Virus record (IMG/VR): IMGVR_UViG_3300034069_001263
Location: 1 to 63,818 of that record
DNA from: a virus
DNA length: 63,818 nucleotides
Reading direction: 5' to 3' (one strand)
Positions 1 through 8,155 of the stretch are shown here, piece after piece. Position 1 is the stretch's first letter; the number at the start of each line of letters is the position of its first letter. Below the pieces are notes generated by a model, which worked only from the letters and a program-made list of their open reading frames with translations, made no database searches and had not been told where the DNA came from. The position numbers and the translations under genes are program-made.

Positions 1-141
1 CGCATCCCGCTCACCAATCCGATCGGGCTCGTGAACTACTACTACTAAGTCTCAACATAATGTGGTAATTCCAGGTCATGCCGTTTCTTCTCCTACTGGC
101 TGTTGTCGTTGCCCTGTTCGTAATTAGCGTCGCGCTGATGC
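1..141. repeat. Terminal overlap copy 1 (identical to 63678-63818)
   Basis: Read base by base: cgcatcccgctcaccaatcc...cgcgctgatgc occurs at both ends; bases 1-48 are the 3' end of gene 62853-63725. Confidence 0.95.
52..66. repeat. Genome-wide palindrome copy TCAACATAATGTGGT
   Basis: Intergenic, 12 nt upstream of ATG 78; preceded by AGTC. Confidence 0.8.
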
Positions 142-305
142 CGAAGCCGAAGCAGCCAAAGCCGCCGGCTGCGCAAGATTTGGAGAACCCGACCGCCGAG
201 GCGGGCCGCGAAATTCCGGTAATCTTCGGCACTGTCACAATCAAGGGTGTAAATATCCTCGACTATACCGATAAGTCGATCCACACCTACGAGGTGAAGG
301 CGTGA
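78..305 (+). CDS. Small membrane-anchored protein of the tail-tip module
   Basis: 75 aa; N-terminal TM helix FLLLLAVVVALFVISVALM followed by a Pro/Lys linker; lies between the BR0599-type tail gene and the J-like gene. Confidence 0.5.
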   Translation: MPFLLLLAVVVALFVISVALMPKPKQPKPPAAQDLENPTAEAGREIPVIFGTVTIKGVNILDYTDKSIHTYEVKA

Positions 306-496
306 ACCTAATAACAATCGACGATATCCGCAACGCAGGCTATTGCGCCTTTGGGGCGCGCCGGTGGTTCGAGGCATACGGCCTTGATTTCCGTGCCTTC
401 ATCGAAAACGGGATCGACGAAGCCAAGTTCTTGGGCACCGGCGACGCCCTGGCCCAGCGAGTGGTGGACGTGAAGGCGGAACGCGCAAATGGGTAA
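302..496 (+). CDS. Hypothetical protein (tail-tip module)
   Basis: 64 aa; GTG start overlaps the previous stop and its own stop overlaps the next start; no family recognised. Confidence 0.4.
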   Translation: MNLITIDDIRNAGYCAFGARRWFEAYGLDFRAFIENGIDEAKFLGTGDALAQRVVDVKAERANG

Positions 497-3149
497 GAGC
501 GGCAGCGCCAAGCAGCAGGTCAACGAGTATCTGCTCTCAATGCACTTCGGCGTTGCGCAGGGCTTGGACGCCATCACAGGCATCTATGTCGGCGAGCGGC
601 AAGCTTGGTCGGGCAACGTCACCTCCGAAACGGCGATCCCGCTTACGAACGAGTATCTGTTCGGCGGTCCGAAGAAGGAAGGCGGCATCCGCGGGATCGC
701 CTACTATCTGCCCGGCGGCCCCACCCAGATCATGCCTGCGGGCCTCGCTGGACGCAGGGGCCTCACCAGTGCTTCGTCGCCGGCTTACCGGGGGCTGAGC
801 AGCGTCTATTTCGTGGGGTCAATAACGCCGGGTCTCGGTTACTACTGGGGTGCGACACCCTACCTGCCGAGCGTGTGGATTCAGGGTCGGCGCGCGCCCA
901 AGGGCCTCAATCCCGACTACGCGATGGTGGCGGACCAGCTCGCGGCGTCTTTCAACGGCTATGTCGCGACGGTGGCCGGAACAACCGTCACGCTGGCGGA
1001 TGGTCACCTAACAACCATCGGCACGCACAGCGCCAGCCTGACCGTGAGCGCGAGCGACGGCACCAAGACGATCATCTTGGACGGCACCACGATCGAGATC
1101 CAGCCCTTCACCACCGATGATGACGGCAACCAGCATTCCGGCACGACGGCGATCGTCAATGGGTATGATGGCGTAGTCGAGAACGACTATGTGACCCTGA
1201 ACGGCGTGACGGTAGAGGTGATCGGCAACACGGTGTCGATCACGATGGGCAACGCAGGTGGCACCGACGCTAATCCGTCCCACATCATCTTCGAATGCCT
1301 CATGAACCCGATCTGGGGTATGGGTGGCGTGCCCGCCCTGGTGGATCAGGACAGCTTCGAAGCGGCAGCGGTCACGCTCTACCATGAGGGCTTCGGGCTT
1401 TCCATGGTGTGGACGAAAGAGTCCTCCATTGAGGACTTCATCAGCGAAGTACTCGACCATGTGCAGGGCGCACTCTATGTTGATCCGGACACGGGTAAGC
1501 TGACCCTGAAACTGTTCCGCGACGACTACGACGTGACGACACTGCCGCTCATCACGCCGGACAACGCTGTGCTCGACAGCTTCCAGCGCAAGCTCTGGGG
1601 CGAAACTGTCAACGAGATCGTTGTCACCTGGACGAACCCGTCTAACGAGCAGGACGAAACCGTCACGCAGCAGGATCTCGGCAACATCGCGATGCAAGGC
1701 GATGTGGTCTCCGACAGCCGTAACTATTACGGGGTCCGAACGGCCGATCTCGCCACCCGGCTAGGCGTGCGCGACGTGCGCCAATCATCTGCGCCCTTGG
1801 CGAGCGTGGAGGCGCTGCTTGATCGAGCATCATGGAACTTGAAGCCCGGCAGCGTGCTCCGAGTGACTTGGCCCGAGTACGACCTCGAAAACCTCATCAT
1901 GCGAGTGGTTGAAATCGACTACGGCAAGATCGGGTCGCCTGAGATCACCGTGTCGCTGCTCCAAGACATCTTCTCGCTGGAGGATGCCGACTTCACATCC
2001 GCGCCCACCACCGGGTTTACGGGCAGCGCGCAACCGCCGTCACCCATGAACCACGCAAAGATCATCACCTCACCGTACTTCTTCTCCTCGCGGGTGCTTT
2101 CTGCGGCCGACGCGGCGGCGATCAGCTACCCCGAGGTCATGACGGCGATCCTTGGCGCGTCGTCCAACACGGATGCTTCCTTCTTCGAAATCGTGGATGT
2201 GAGCACGCTGCCGACCGGGCAACAGGTGTCGGAGGTGCGCGGCACTCGATCGCTGCTCGGCTACAGTCTGTTGCCATCACCTCTCGGCGAAGAGGCAACC
2301 AGCACGATCGCCGCCTTCGGTCCGATCACATCTGGCCTTGGCCCGAACGTGGCGGGCTTCATTTTCATCGGCGAGGACGAGGCTTCTCAAGAGATTGCGC
2401 TGATCGAGTCCTATGATGATGGGGACGGCTGGCACATCTCCCGCGGGGTTCTCGACACAATACCGCGGGCATGGGCTGCCGACACCCCCATCTGGTTCTA
2501 CGACGTTCGCACGACGCTGCTAGACGATCAGCGTTACTCCGATGGTGAGTCCGTCAACTACAAGTTCCTGACGGTCACCTCTCAAGGTATTCTCGACCCG
2601 TCCGACGCCCCTATTCAAGGCGCAGTGCTTAGCGCGCGCCCCTACATGCCGAACCGGCCGGCGAACGTGGTGGTTGGCGGCTCGCCGTTCGGCACCGTTG
2701 ACCTGTCGGCTTCGGCGCCCACGTCGGTGGACATAAGCTGGAGCAACCGCAACCGGTTAATGGAGGACACTGTCGTCGTCCGGTGGGCGGACGGCACCAT
2801 CGCGCCAGAGGCGAACCAGACCACCACTGTTGTGCTTACGAGCACAAGCGACGGCAGTGTCTTGTCAACCACGGATGGGCTGACGGGCACGACCTATTCC
2901 CTTCCGTCAAGCGCCTTCGGGTCTGAAATCCAGGCTGACGTGACGCTCTACTCGAAACGCGACGGCTACCGCTCCTTCATGGGTGTCACCCGTCGCGTAC
3001 GGATCAAGCCGGACCCATCCGATCCAGGTTCAAGCCCCGGCAATCCCGCTCCGCCAACCGGGGGCGGTTACACTCCGCCGACGACGTATCCGGACCCTCA
3101 AAATCCGCCGGCCTACACAGGCCATGGTTTGCGGACTGCCGTTCCTTGA
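489..3149 (+). CDS. Host-specificity / central tail fibre protein (lambda J-like)
   Basis: 886 aa; J-type core NPSHIIFECLMNPIWGMGG...GKLTLKLFRDDYD; Pro-rich C-terminus; last gene of the tail module. Confidence 0.75.
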   Translation: MGKSGSAKQQVNEYLLSMHFGVAQGLDAITGIYVGERQAWSGNVTSETAIPLTNEYLFGGPKKEGGIRGIAYYLPGGPTQIMPAGLAGRRGLTSASSPAYRGLSSVYFVGSITPGLGYYWGATPYLPSVWIQGRRAPKGLNPDYAMVADQLAASFNGYVATVAGTTVTLADGHLTTIGTHSASLTVSASDGTKTIILDGTTIEIQPFTTDDDGNQHSGTTAIVNGYDGVVENDYVTLNGVTVEVIGNTVSITMGNAGGTDANPSHIIFECLMNPIWGMGGVPALVDQDSFEAAAVTLYHEGFGLSMVWTKESSIEDFISEVLDHVQGALYVDPDTGKLTLKLFRDDYDVTTLPLITPDNAVLDSFQRKLWGETVNEIVVTWTNPSNEQDETVTQQDLGNIAMQGDVVSDSRNYYGVRTADLATRLGVRDVRQSSAPLASVEALLDRASWNLKPGSVLRVTWPEYDLENLIMRVVEIDYGKIGSPEITVSLLQDIFSLEDADFTSAPTTGFTGSAQPPSPMNHAKIITSPYFFSSRVLSAADAAAISYPEVMTAILGASSNTDASFFEIVDVSTLPTGQQVSEVRGTRSLLGYSLLPSPLGEEATSTIAAFGPITSGLGPNVAGFIFIGEDEASQEIALIESYDDGDGWHISRGVLDTIPRAWAADTPIWFYDVRTTLLDDQRYSDGESVNYKFLTVTSQGILDPSDAPIQGAVLSARPYMPNRPANVVVGGSPFGTVDLSASAPTSVDISWSNRNRLMEDTVVVRWADGTIAPEANQTTTVVLTSTSDGSVLSTTDGLTGTTYSLPSSAFGSEIQADVTLYSKRDGYRSFMGVTRRVRIKPDPSDPGSSPGNPAPPTGGGYTPPTTYPDPQNPPAYTGHGLRTAVP

Positions 3150-3153
3150 AATA

Positions 3154-3168
3154 TCAACATTATGTTGA
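3154..3168. promoter_or_regulatory. Palindrome copy TCAACATTATGTTGA inside a sigma70-like promoter spacer
   Basis: TTGAAA (3146-3151), 17-nt spacer containing the palindrome, TATAGC (3169-3174); ATG 3183 lies 9 nt after the -10 with no SD. Confidence 0.6.
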
Positions 3169-3182
3169 TATAGCTGCCATCC

Positions 3183-3443
3183 ATGGATAAGCAGCACAGC
3201 TTTTGGGCGTTCCTGGCGACGCTCGGAACCATGGCCTATGTCATAACGGTTGCAGCGTGGCTCGCCTACCACGGCAAGTATGCAGAGGCTCTGGGGATCG
3301 GCGGATTGCTGACCGCACTGGTAAGCGTGGCGACACTGCTGGCGCGCCCGAACTCGCCCCAGGGCAACACGCAGGCCGACGCGAACTTGGCAGCATTGCT
3401 CGACAAGGTGCCGAGTGCGGGCACCGCGGGAGCCCAATCGTGA
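3183..3443 (+). CDS. Putative holin
   Basis: 86 aa with 2-3 hydrophobic helices (FWAFLATLGTMAYVITVAAWLA, GIGGLLTALVSVATLLA); first gene of the lysis block, followed by a spanin pair. Confidence 0.5.
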   Translation: MDKQHSFWAFLATLGTMAYVITVAAWLAYHGKYAEALGIGGLLTALVSVATLLARPNSPQGNTQADANLAALLDKVPSAGTAGAQS

Positions 3444-3883
3444 GCATTTTGAGAGACATCGAAGGCTTTACCGGCATCCCGCAGAAAGTCGCGTTGGTGC
3501 TGGCGGGCGCCGTGGCGCTCACCATGGGAGGCATCGCTGGCGGCGAATGGTGGGAGAACCGAACGTTGACCGCGGCGAATGTGAAGCTCGACACCGCGAT
3601 CAACGATCCCAAGACGGGCTACGTCGTTCGCCTCACCCAGGCTGAGGGCAACACCGCCACCTGCACCGCCGCGATCGGCCGGCAGAACACCGCCATCAAG
3701 GCGCAGTCTGCGCGTGACGCCGCCACGGTCGCGGCGGTGCAGGCTCGCTACGACTCAGAACATGTCGCGCGCGTCACCGCAGAAAACGCCGCCGCCGCCT
3801 TCATGGCCGTCAAGCCGAAGGGAGCGACCCTGGTGGACCGCGTCAGCGATGTGGATCGCCGTATCGTGGGAGAACTGAAGTGA
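3440..3883 (+). CDS. i-spanin (Rz-like)
   Basis: GTG 3440 overlaps the holin stop (GTGA); N-terminal TM VALVLAGAVALTMGGIAG plus Ala/Gln-rich periplasmic coiled coil; the upstream extension of ORF 3203-3883 was trimmed. Confidence 0.55.
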   Translation: MSILRDIEGFTGIPQKVALVLAGAVALTMGGIAGGEWWENRTLTAANVKLDTAINDPKTGYVVRLTQAEGNTATCTAAIGRQNTAIKAQSARDAATVAAVQARYDSEHVARVTAENAAAAFMAVKPKGATLVDRVSDVDRRIVGELK

Positions 3884-3930
3884 TCGGCGATGGCGATGGC
3901 GGTGGCGGTTGCATCTCCGAGGGGTTGAGT

Positions 3931-4236
3931 GTGACCCGCCTGATTCCGATAGCGATGACGGCGGCAGCCATTCTTAGCGCCTGCGCGCACGTTCCTGCCC
4001 CATTGCCTGAACCGGTGCTCACCGCCGTGGAAGTGGCGACGCCGATTGCGACAGGTTGTGTTCCCGCCAACATGGCCGAGCCGCCTGTCTACCCGGACAG
4101 CGATGCGGCGCTCAAGGCAGCGACTGACGCTGCCGAGCGCTATCAGATCCTCTACGCCGGACGGAAGGTTCGCATCGCGCGCTTGGGGGAACTTGAGCCC
4201 GTCGTCGCAAACTGCCCGAAGGCACACGCTCGGTGA
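3931..4236 (+). CDS. o-spanin lipoprotein (Rz1-like)
   Basis: VTRLIPIAMTAAAILSAC is a signal peptide with lipobox LSAC; Pro-rich mature part; the alternative GTG 3880 overlaps the i-spanin stop. Confidence 0.55.
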   Translation: MTRLIPIAMTAAAILSACAHVPAPLPEPVLTAVEVATPIATGCVPANMAEPPVYPDSDAALKAATDAAERYQILYAGRKVRIARLGELEPVVANCPKAHAR

Positions 4237-4667
4237 GCGACATCGGCGATGACCTAACCCCTTCTGCAACCAACTCTCGCGACGCGCTTCTTGTCGCGCT
4301 GGCGGCGCGCGCCAAAGCTGAACAAGCCCAGCGCGACATCGACTCGCATGAAGATGTCTGTGCTGAGCGTTACGAGAACATCCACGCGAAGCTGACCGAG
4401 ATGAAAACCGAGTTTTCGGCTCAAAACCGTCGCATCTGGGGGCTGTTCGGATGGCTCGGCGGAACCGGCTTCCTCATTCTGATGGGCGTGCTCAGTTTCC
4501 TACTCAGGGCCCAGTACGACACCATTACCGCAATGAGCAAAGCGTCGCGCGACCGCATCGAACTCCGCGACCGCATTGAAGCAGTTCAGCCCCTGCCGCC
4601 GCAGGTCATCATTCAGCGCGCGCCAGGCTCACCCGAGATCGGAGCGACCGTTGAGCATCAGCCCTGA
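4233..4667 (+). CDS. Membrane protein with N-terminal coiled coil (lysis-associated?)
   Basis: 144 aa; GTG overlaps the previous stop; central TM IWGLFGWLGGTGFLILMGVLSFLL. Confidence 0.45.
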   Translation: MSDIGDDLTPSATNSRDALLVALAARAKAEQAQRDIDSHEDVCAERYENIHAKLTEMKTEFSAQNRRIWGLFGWLGGTGFLILMGVLSFLLRAQYDTITAMSKASRDRIELRDRIEAVQPLPPQVIIQRAPGSPEIGATVEHQP

Positions 4668-5931
4668 ACTGAAGCTGTGGGCGACTGCCGCCCAGGCTCG
4701 CTATATCGACGCGATCCTTGAACACGGCACGCAAGCAGCCGCCGCCCGCGTGCTGCAGATCAACCAGCGGACGATCGAGCGCGGCATCGCGGCGGTGCTG
4801 CGGAAATCACGCGCTGACGCCGAGGCGCCGAACGACAATGCGCCCGGTTTCGAGGTGCGAGGCGTAAGCACGTCCTATGACCAAGCTGGGCAGGTTCAAG
4901 CGCGCCATGTCCGTGAAGCGCCCGTCAGCCCTTTCGACGGAGGCGGGATCGGCGAAAGCCCTGCGCGCGACGGAGGCGATCATTACGTCGTGAAGGGGGT
5001 CAGCACCTACTTCGACGGAGAGGGGCAGCAGCGCGGCCAGTGGGTCAAGACGAAGCTGGACGATCAGCGCCGCGCAGATGCTGCTCGCGCCGCTTTTGCA
5101 GCCATGGCGGACGAACTCCCCCGCCTTAACCCCGTGGCAGCGCCCGCCCACAGCCTTCCACACCTGTGCAACCTCTACACCATGACCGACGCCCATGTTG
5201 GTATGCTGGCCTGGCACAAGGAAGGCGGCGCCAACTGGGATCTCAAGACGGCCGAGCGGGAACTGACCGGCTGCTTCCAGCAGATGATCGCCTCGTCGCC
5301 GGCCGCCGCAACTTGCGTCATCAACCAGTTGGGCGACTGGCTGCATTTCGACGGTCTCGATGCTGTGACGCCGACGAACCGGCACCTGCTCGACGCGGAC
5401 GCTCGCTTCCAGAAGGTAGTCGTCGCGTCGCTGCGCATCCTCCGCTCGATCGTGGATATGGCGCTCCGCCGGCACGAGACGGTCCACATCATCATGGCGG
5501 AGGGCAATCACGACGTGGCGTCGTCGGTATGGCTTCGGGTGATGTTCGGCGCGCTCTACGAGAACGAGCCGCGGGTCATCGTCAACGACTCCGCGCTGCC
5601 CTATTACATGCACCGCCATGGCAAAACGGCGCTTTGGTTCCACCATGGCCACCTGAAGAAGTTCGAAGGCTTGCCCGGTCTCATCGCCGCGCAGTTTTCG
5701 GTCGCGTGGGGCGAAACGACGAAGCGCTATATTCACATGGGGCACTGCCACCATGAGCGGGTGCAGGAGTTCCCCGGCGTCAAGGTCGTGCAGCATCCCA
5801 CCTTGGCAGCGCGCGACGCCTATGCGGCGCGGCACGGCTACCTGAGCGAGCGACAGGCGACGGCCTACACCTACCACGCCGAGTACGGGCAGGTGGGCGC
5901 ATACACCGTGACGCCCGAAATGCTTGCCTGA
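4651..5931 (+). CDS. HTH plus calcineurin-like metallophosphoesterase fusion protein
   Basis: Metal-binding motifs GDWLHFDG, GNHD, HHGH, GHCHH; N-terminal HTH-like QAAAARVLQINQRTIERG; start uncertain (TTG 4651 chosen, frame open from 4576). Confidence 0.6.
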   Translation: MSISPELKLWATAAQARYIDAILEHGTQAAAARVLQINQRTIERGIAAVLRKSRADAEAPNDNAPGFEVRGVSTSYDQAGQVQARHVREAPVSPFDGGGIGESPARDGGDHYVVKGVSTYFDGEGQQRGQWVKTKLDDQRRADAARAAFAAMADELPRLNPVAAPAHSLPHLCNLYTMTDAHVGMLAWHKEGGANWDLKTAERELTGCFQQMIASSPAAATCVINQLGDWLHFDGLDAVTPTNRHLLDADARFQKVVVASLRILRSIVDMALRRHETVHIIMAEGNHDVASSVWLRVMFGALYENEPRVIVNDSALPYYMHRHGKTALWFHHGHLKKFEGLPGLIAAQFSVAWGETTKRYIHMGHCHHERVQEFPGVKVVQHPTLAARDAYAARHGYLSERQATAYTYHAEYGQVGAYTVTPEMLA

Positions 5932-5935
5932 ACTC

Positions 5936-5950
5936 TCAACATTGTGTGGA
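5936..5950. repeat. Palindrome copy TCAACATTGTGTGGA
   Basis: Intergenic; the right half runs into GGAG, which serves as the SD for ATG 5955. Confidence 0.8.
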
Positions 5951-5954
5951 GTCG

Positions 5955-6668
5955 ATGATGGACGGCACTCGGGTTCAGACGGCGCTGACGAAGGCGGGTT
6001 ACCCGTGCGGCCGCATCGACGGCGCGATGGGGAAGCTCACCTACGGCGCGCTCTTCGCCTACGCGGCCGGCGCCGCGAGCACTTGCAGCGCAGAGCTCGG
6101 CGTGTCGGCTGTCACGGCGTTTCCGCTGTACGGGTGCGACACGCCACGGAAGATCTGCTTCGCCATCGCCGAGGTCAGCCATGAGACGGGCAACTACGCC
6201 GCTTGGGAGGAGGATTTCTCCGGCTACACGGCCAAGAACCTGCTGGACAACTGGGGGCCGGGCAAGGGTGGTCGGATCAAGAGCCTCGCCGACGCACAGG
6301 CGCTGATCGCTGCGGCACGGACGGACCCCGATGCGATCCCGAACCGGGTCTACGCCAGGCCGGAATACGGCAACACCAACCCCGGCGACGGTGCGCGTTA
6401 CAAGGGCCGCGGCGCCAACATGCAGACCTTCAAGTGCAACTACCAAGCTGCCCAGGACCACACGGGAGTTCAATTTGTTGCGCATCCGGAGTTGATGGCG
6501 CAGCCTGGCCCGTCGTTGTTGGTTGCGGCGTTCTACTGGCAGAGCCGAGGCTGCTGGGCGAAAGCCGAGAAGAACGATCCAGCCGCTTGGCGGAGCATCA
6601 CCAATGGCGGCGTGATCGGACTTCCCGACTTCACTGCTCGCACCAAGCGGCTGCTCGGCTTGTTCTGA
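5955..6668 (+). CDS. Endolysin: peptidoglycan-binding domain plus glycoside hydrolase family 19
   Basis: N-terminal VQTALTKAGYPCGRIDGAMG; GH19 signatures SHETG and KGRGANMQTFKCNY; GGAG 3 nt upstream of the ATG. Confidence 0.8.
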   Translation: MMDGTRVQTALTKAGYPCGRIDGAMGKLTYGALFAYAAGAASTCSAELGVSAVTAFPLYGCDTPRKICFAIAEVSHETGNYAAWEEDFSGYTAKNLLDNWGPGKGGRIKSLADAQALIAAARTDPDAIPNRVYARPEYGNTNPGDGARYKGRGANMQTFKCNYQAAQDHTGVQFVAHPELMAQPGPSLLVAAFYWQSRGCWAKAEKNDPAAWRSITNGGVIGLPDFTARTKRLLGLF

Positions 6669-6684
6669 ACGCGATTCGTTCCAT

Positions 6685-6987
6685 TCACCGGGTTGCGGGC
6701 GGCGTCATCGTAGCAAAGCCATCTGCTGCATGAGGCCCGTTCACGCAGATCAAGATGCCGATGTGCGAGCAGAAACCGGCTTCGATGCCGTCGAATTGTC
6801 CTGCCTCTGCAATCGCACGAGCGATGGTGCCGAAGAAGGCCGGATTGCCGGTCGAGGAGATCAGGTCAGCCACTTCGGCACCGATCTCCCGTCCGGCTGC
6901 ACAATCAGTAGCATAGTCGCCGCTGCGATCCGGTTGCCAGCGGCCGTCGTGAATGGCGGAGATGTCGCGAAACGTCTTGGCCGGCAT
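6685..6987 (-). CDS. Hypothetical protein (candidate prophage-expressed moron)
   Basis: 100 aa; AGGAGA 6 nt upstream of the ATG; divergent from the repressor gene; no family recognised. Confidence 0.5.
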   Translation of the reverse strand: MPAKTFRDISAIHDGRWQPDRSGDYATDCAAGREIGAEVADLISSTGNPAFFGTIARAIAEAGQFDGIEAGFCSHIGILICVNGPHAADGFATMTPPATR

Positions 6988-7034
6988 ATCGTGTCTCCTG
7001 AGTTTTTAGTGATTCCCTGCGGAACAAAACGACG

Positions 7035-7076
7035 CTATCAGATTTATCTGCGCTCGCAAGGGGGAGTTTCTGATAG
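7035..7076. promoter_or_regulatory. 8-bp inverted repeat CTATCAGA / TCTGATAG in the divergent region upstream of the repressor
   Basis: Arms at 7035-7042 and 7069-7076, between gene 6685-6987 (-) and the repressor (+); possible operator. Confidence 0.3.
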
Positions 7077-7141
7077 TGCAAGCGAACACAGATCGGTCTG
7101 TGTATGGACGGGTCGCAGCACGCTTCTATAGCCCCCTGGCC

Positions 7142-7864
7142 ATGAGCGAGCCTGTGAATCCCCCTCTCTACGATGCCCTGGTGGCGTTGAAGCCGGAGGG
7201 TTGGTCTCTGCACAAATGGATGCAGGAGGCGGGCGTCAGTCGGCAGTTTTTCGGGGATCTGAAGAAGAAGGGCAGCGATCCGAAGGGCGGCACGCTGGAG
7301 AAAGTGCTGGGTGCCATCGGCTACACTCCGGCACAATTCTACGATGAGAGCCCCATCCAGCCGCCCCGCGGACGAGGCAATGTGCTTCCGTTCCGAGCGG
7401 CCGGTGAGCATCGCGACGTTCCGCTCGTGGGTACGGCTCAGGCCAGCGAAATGGAAATCGATGGCGACGGCGAGGTACGCTTCGTGGAGCGGATGAGCCT
7501 CGACCTGGACAATCAGGTAGACTACCTACGCCGCCCGCCATCACTCGCGACTAAGCGCGATGTGTACGCCATCACCGTGGCTGGGGATTCAGCATCACCG
7601 AAATACGACGATGGGGAGCCTGCCTACGTCGATCCGAAGCGGCCACCGCGCTCCGGCGACTGGGTGGTAGTGCAGCTTGTCAAGGAGGAGCCGGAGGCGG
7701 AGGAGCGCCGCCTGCACATCGCTCTGCTCAAGCAGTTCGTACGCCGCACAGACAGCTACGTCGAACTGCACCAGCTCAATCCCGACGTGCGCTTCCAAGT
7801 GCCCAACCGGCAGGTTCATGCGATCCATCGCGTCATCCCGTGGTCGGAAATCGTGTTTTTCTAA
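7142..7864 (+). CDS. CI/LexA-type repressor with S24 autopeptidase domain
   Basis: N-terminal HTH region; C-terminal GDSASP (Ser) and LLKQF (Lys) dyad; adjacent to attP and int. Confidence 0.8.
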   Translation: MSEPVNPPLYDALVALKPEGWSLHKWMQEAGVSRQFFGDLKKKGSDPKGGTLEKVLGAIGYTPAQFYDESPIQPPRGRGNVLPFRAAGEHRDVPLVGTAQASEMEIDGDGEVRFVERMSLDLDNQVDYLRRPPSLATKRDVYAITVAGDSASPKYDDGEPAYVDPKRPPRSGDWVVVQLVKEEPEAEERRLHIALLKQFVRRTDSYVELHQLNPDVRFQVPNRQVHAIHRVIPWSEIVFF

Positions 7865-7866
7865 GT

Positions 7867-7946
7867 GGGCAAAAATTGTGGGTAATGCCTTATAATATGT
7901 TCTGCGTTCGAATCCCACCCTCTCCGCCAACCGGCATTTTTTGCCC
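7867..7946. repeat. 9-bp inverted repeat GGGCAAAAA / TTTTTGCCC flanking the attP core
   Basis: Arms at 7867-7875 and 7938-7946 bracket the tRNA-derived core. Confidence 0.7.
7903..7929 (+). other. attP core: 3' end of a tRNA gene (T-loop, acceptor 3' strand, CCA); probably tRNA-Ser
   Basis: GCGTTCGAATCCCACCCTCTCCGCCA: T-loop TTCGAAT, stem CCCAC, acceptor CCTCTCC, discriminator G, CCA; no 5' half is present, so this is a fragment and not a gene. Confidence 0.75.
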
Positions 7947-8002
7947 GATTACTGCTGAGGCAGTTTCGCCCGCTGAGAGTGGCAGAAATCTAGCATATAT
8001 CG

Positions 8003-8017
8003 TCTTCATTATGTTGA
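8003..8017. repeat. Degenerate palindrome copy TCTTCATTATGTTGA
   Basis: Between attP and int. Confidence 0.55.
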
Positions 8018-8068
8018 CGGGGACGGGCTACGCACCTCCTCAACGGCAATTTTCACTTTGCGAATCGC

Positions 8069-8083
8069 TCCACATAATGTTGA
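8069..8083. repeat. Palindrome copy TCCACATAATGTTGA
   Basis: 73 nt upstream of the int start; the right half forms TTGACA. Confidence 0.8.
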
Positions 8084-8155
8084 CATCGGGTCATGTGCGA
8101 TCAAGATGCAACCCACCACCTGAAGGCGGTAAATCGTGGGTAGCGGAGTCGTGCT

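Noticed and set aside
1-141. Genuine direct terminal repeat or physical genome end
   Set aside because: The repeat cuts through a coding operon and the terminase is lambda GpA-type (cos packaging). An assembly wrap-around is the simpler reading. This cannot be settled without reads.
7021-7035. Alphaproteobacterial LexA/SOS box (GAAC-N7-GAAC) upstream of the repressor
   Set aside because: Only one GAAC half (GGAACAAAACGACGC) is present; the second half is missing.
7860-7930. Complete tRNA gene
   Set aside because: Only the T-loop, the 3' T-stem, the acceptor 3' strand and CCA are present. The sequence upstream cannot pair to form the T-stem or acceptor stem, so this is an attP fragment.
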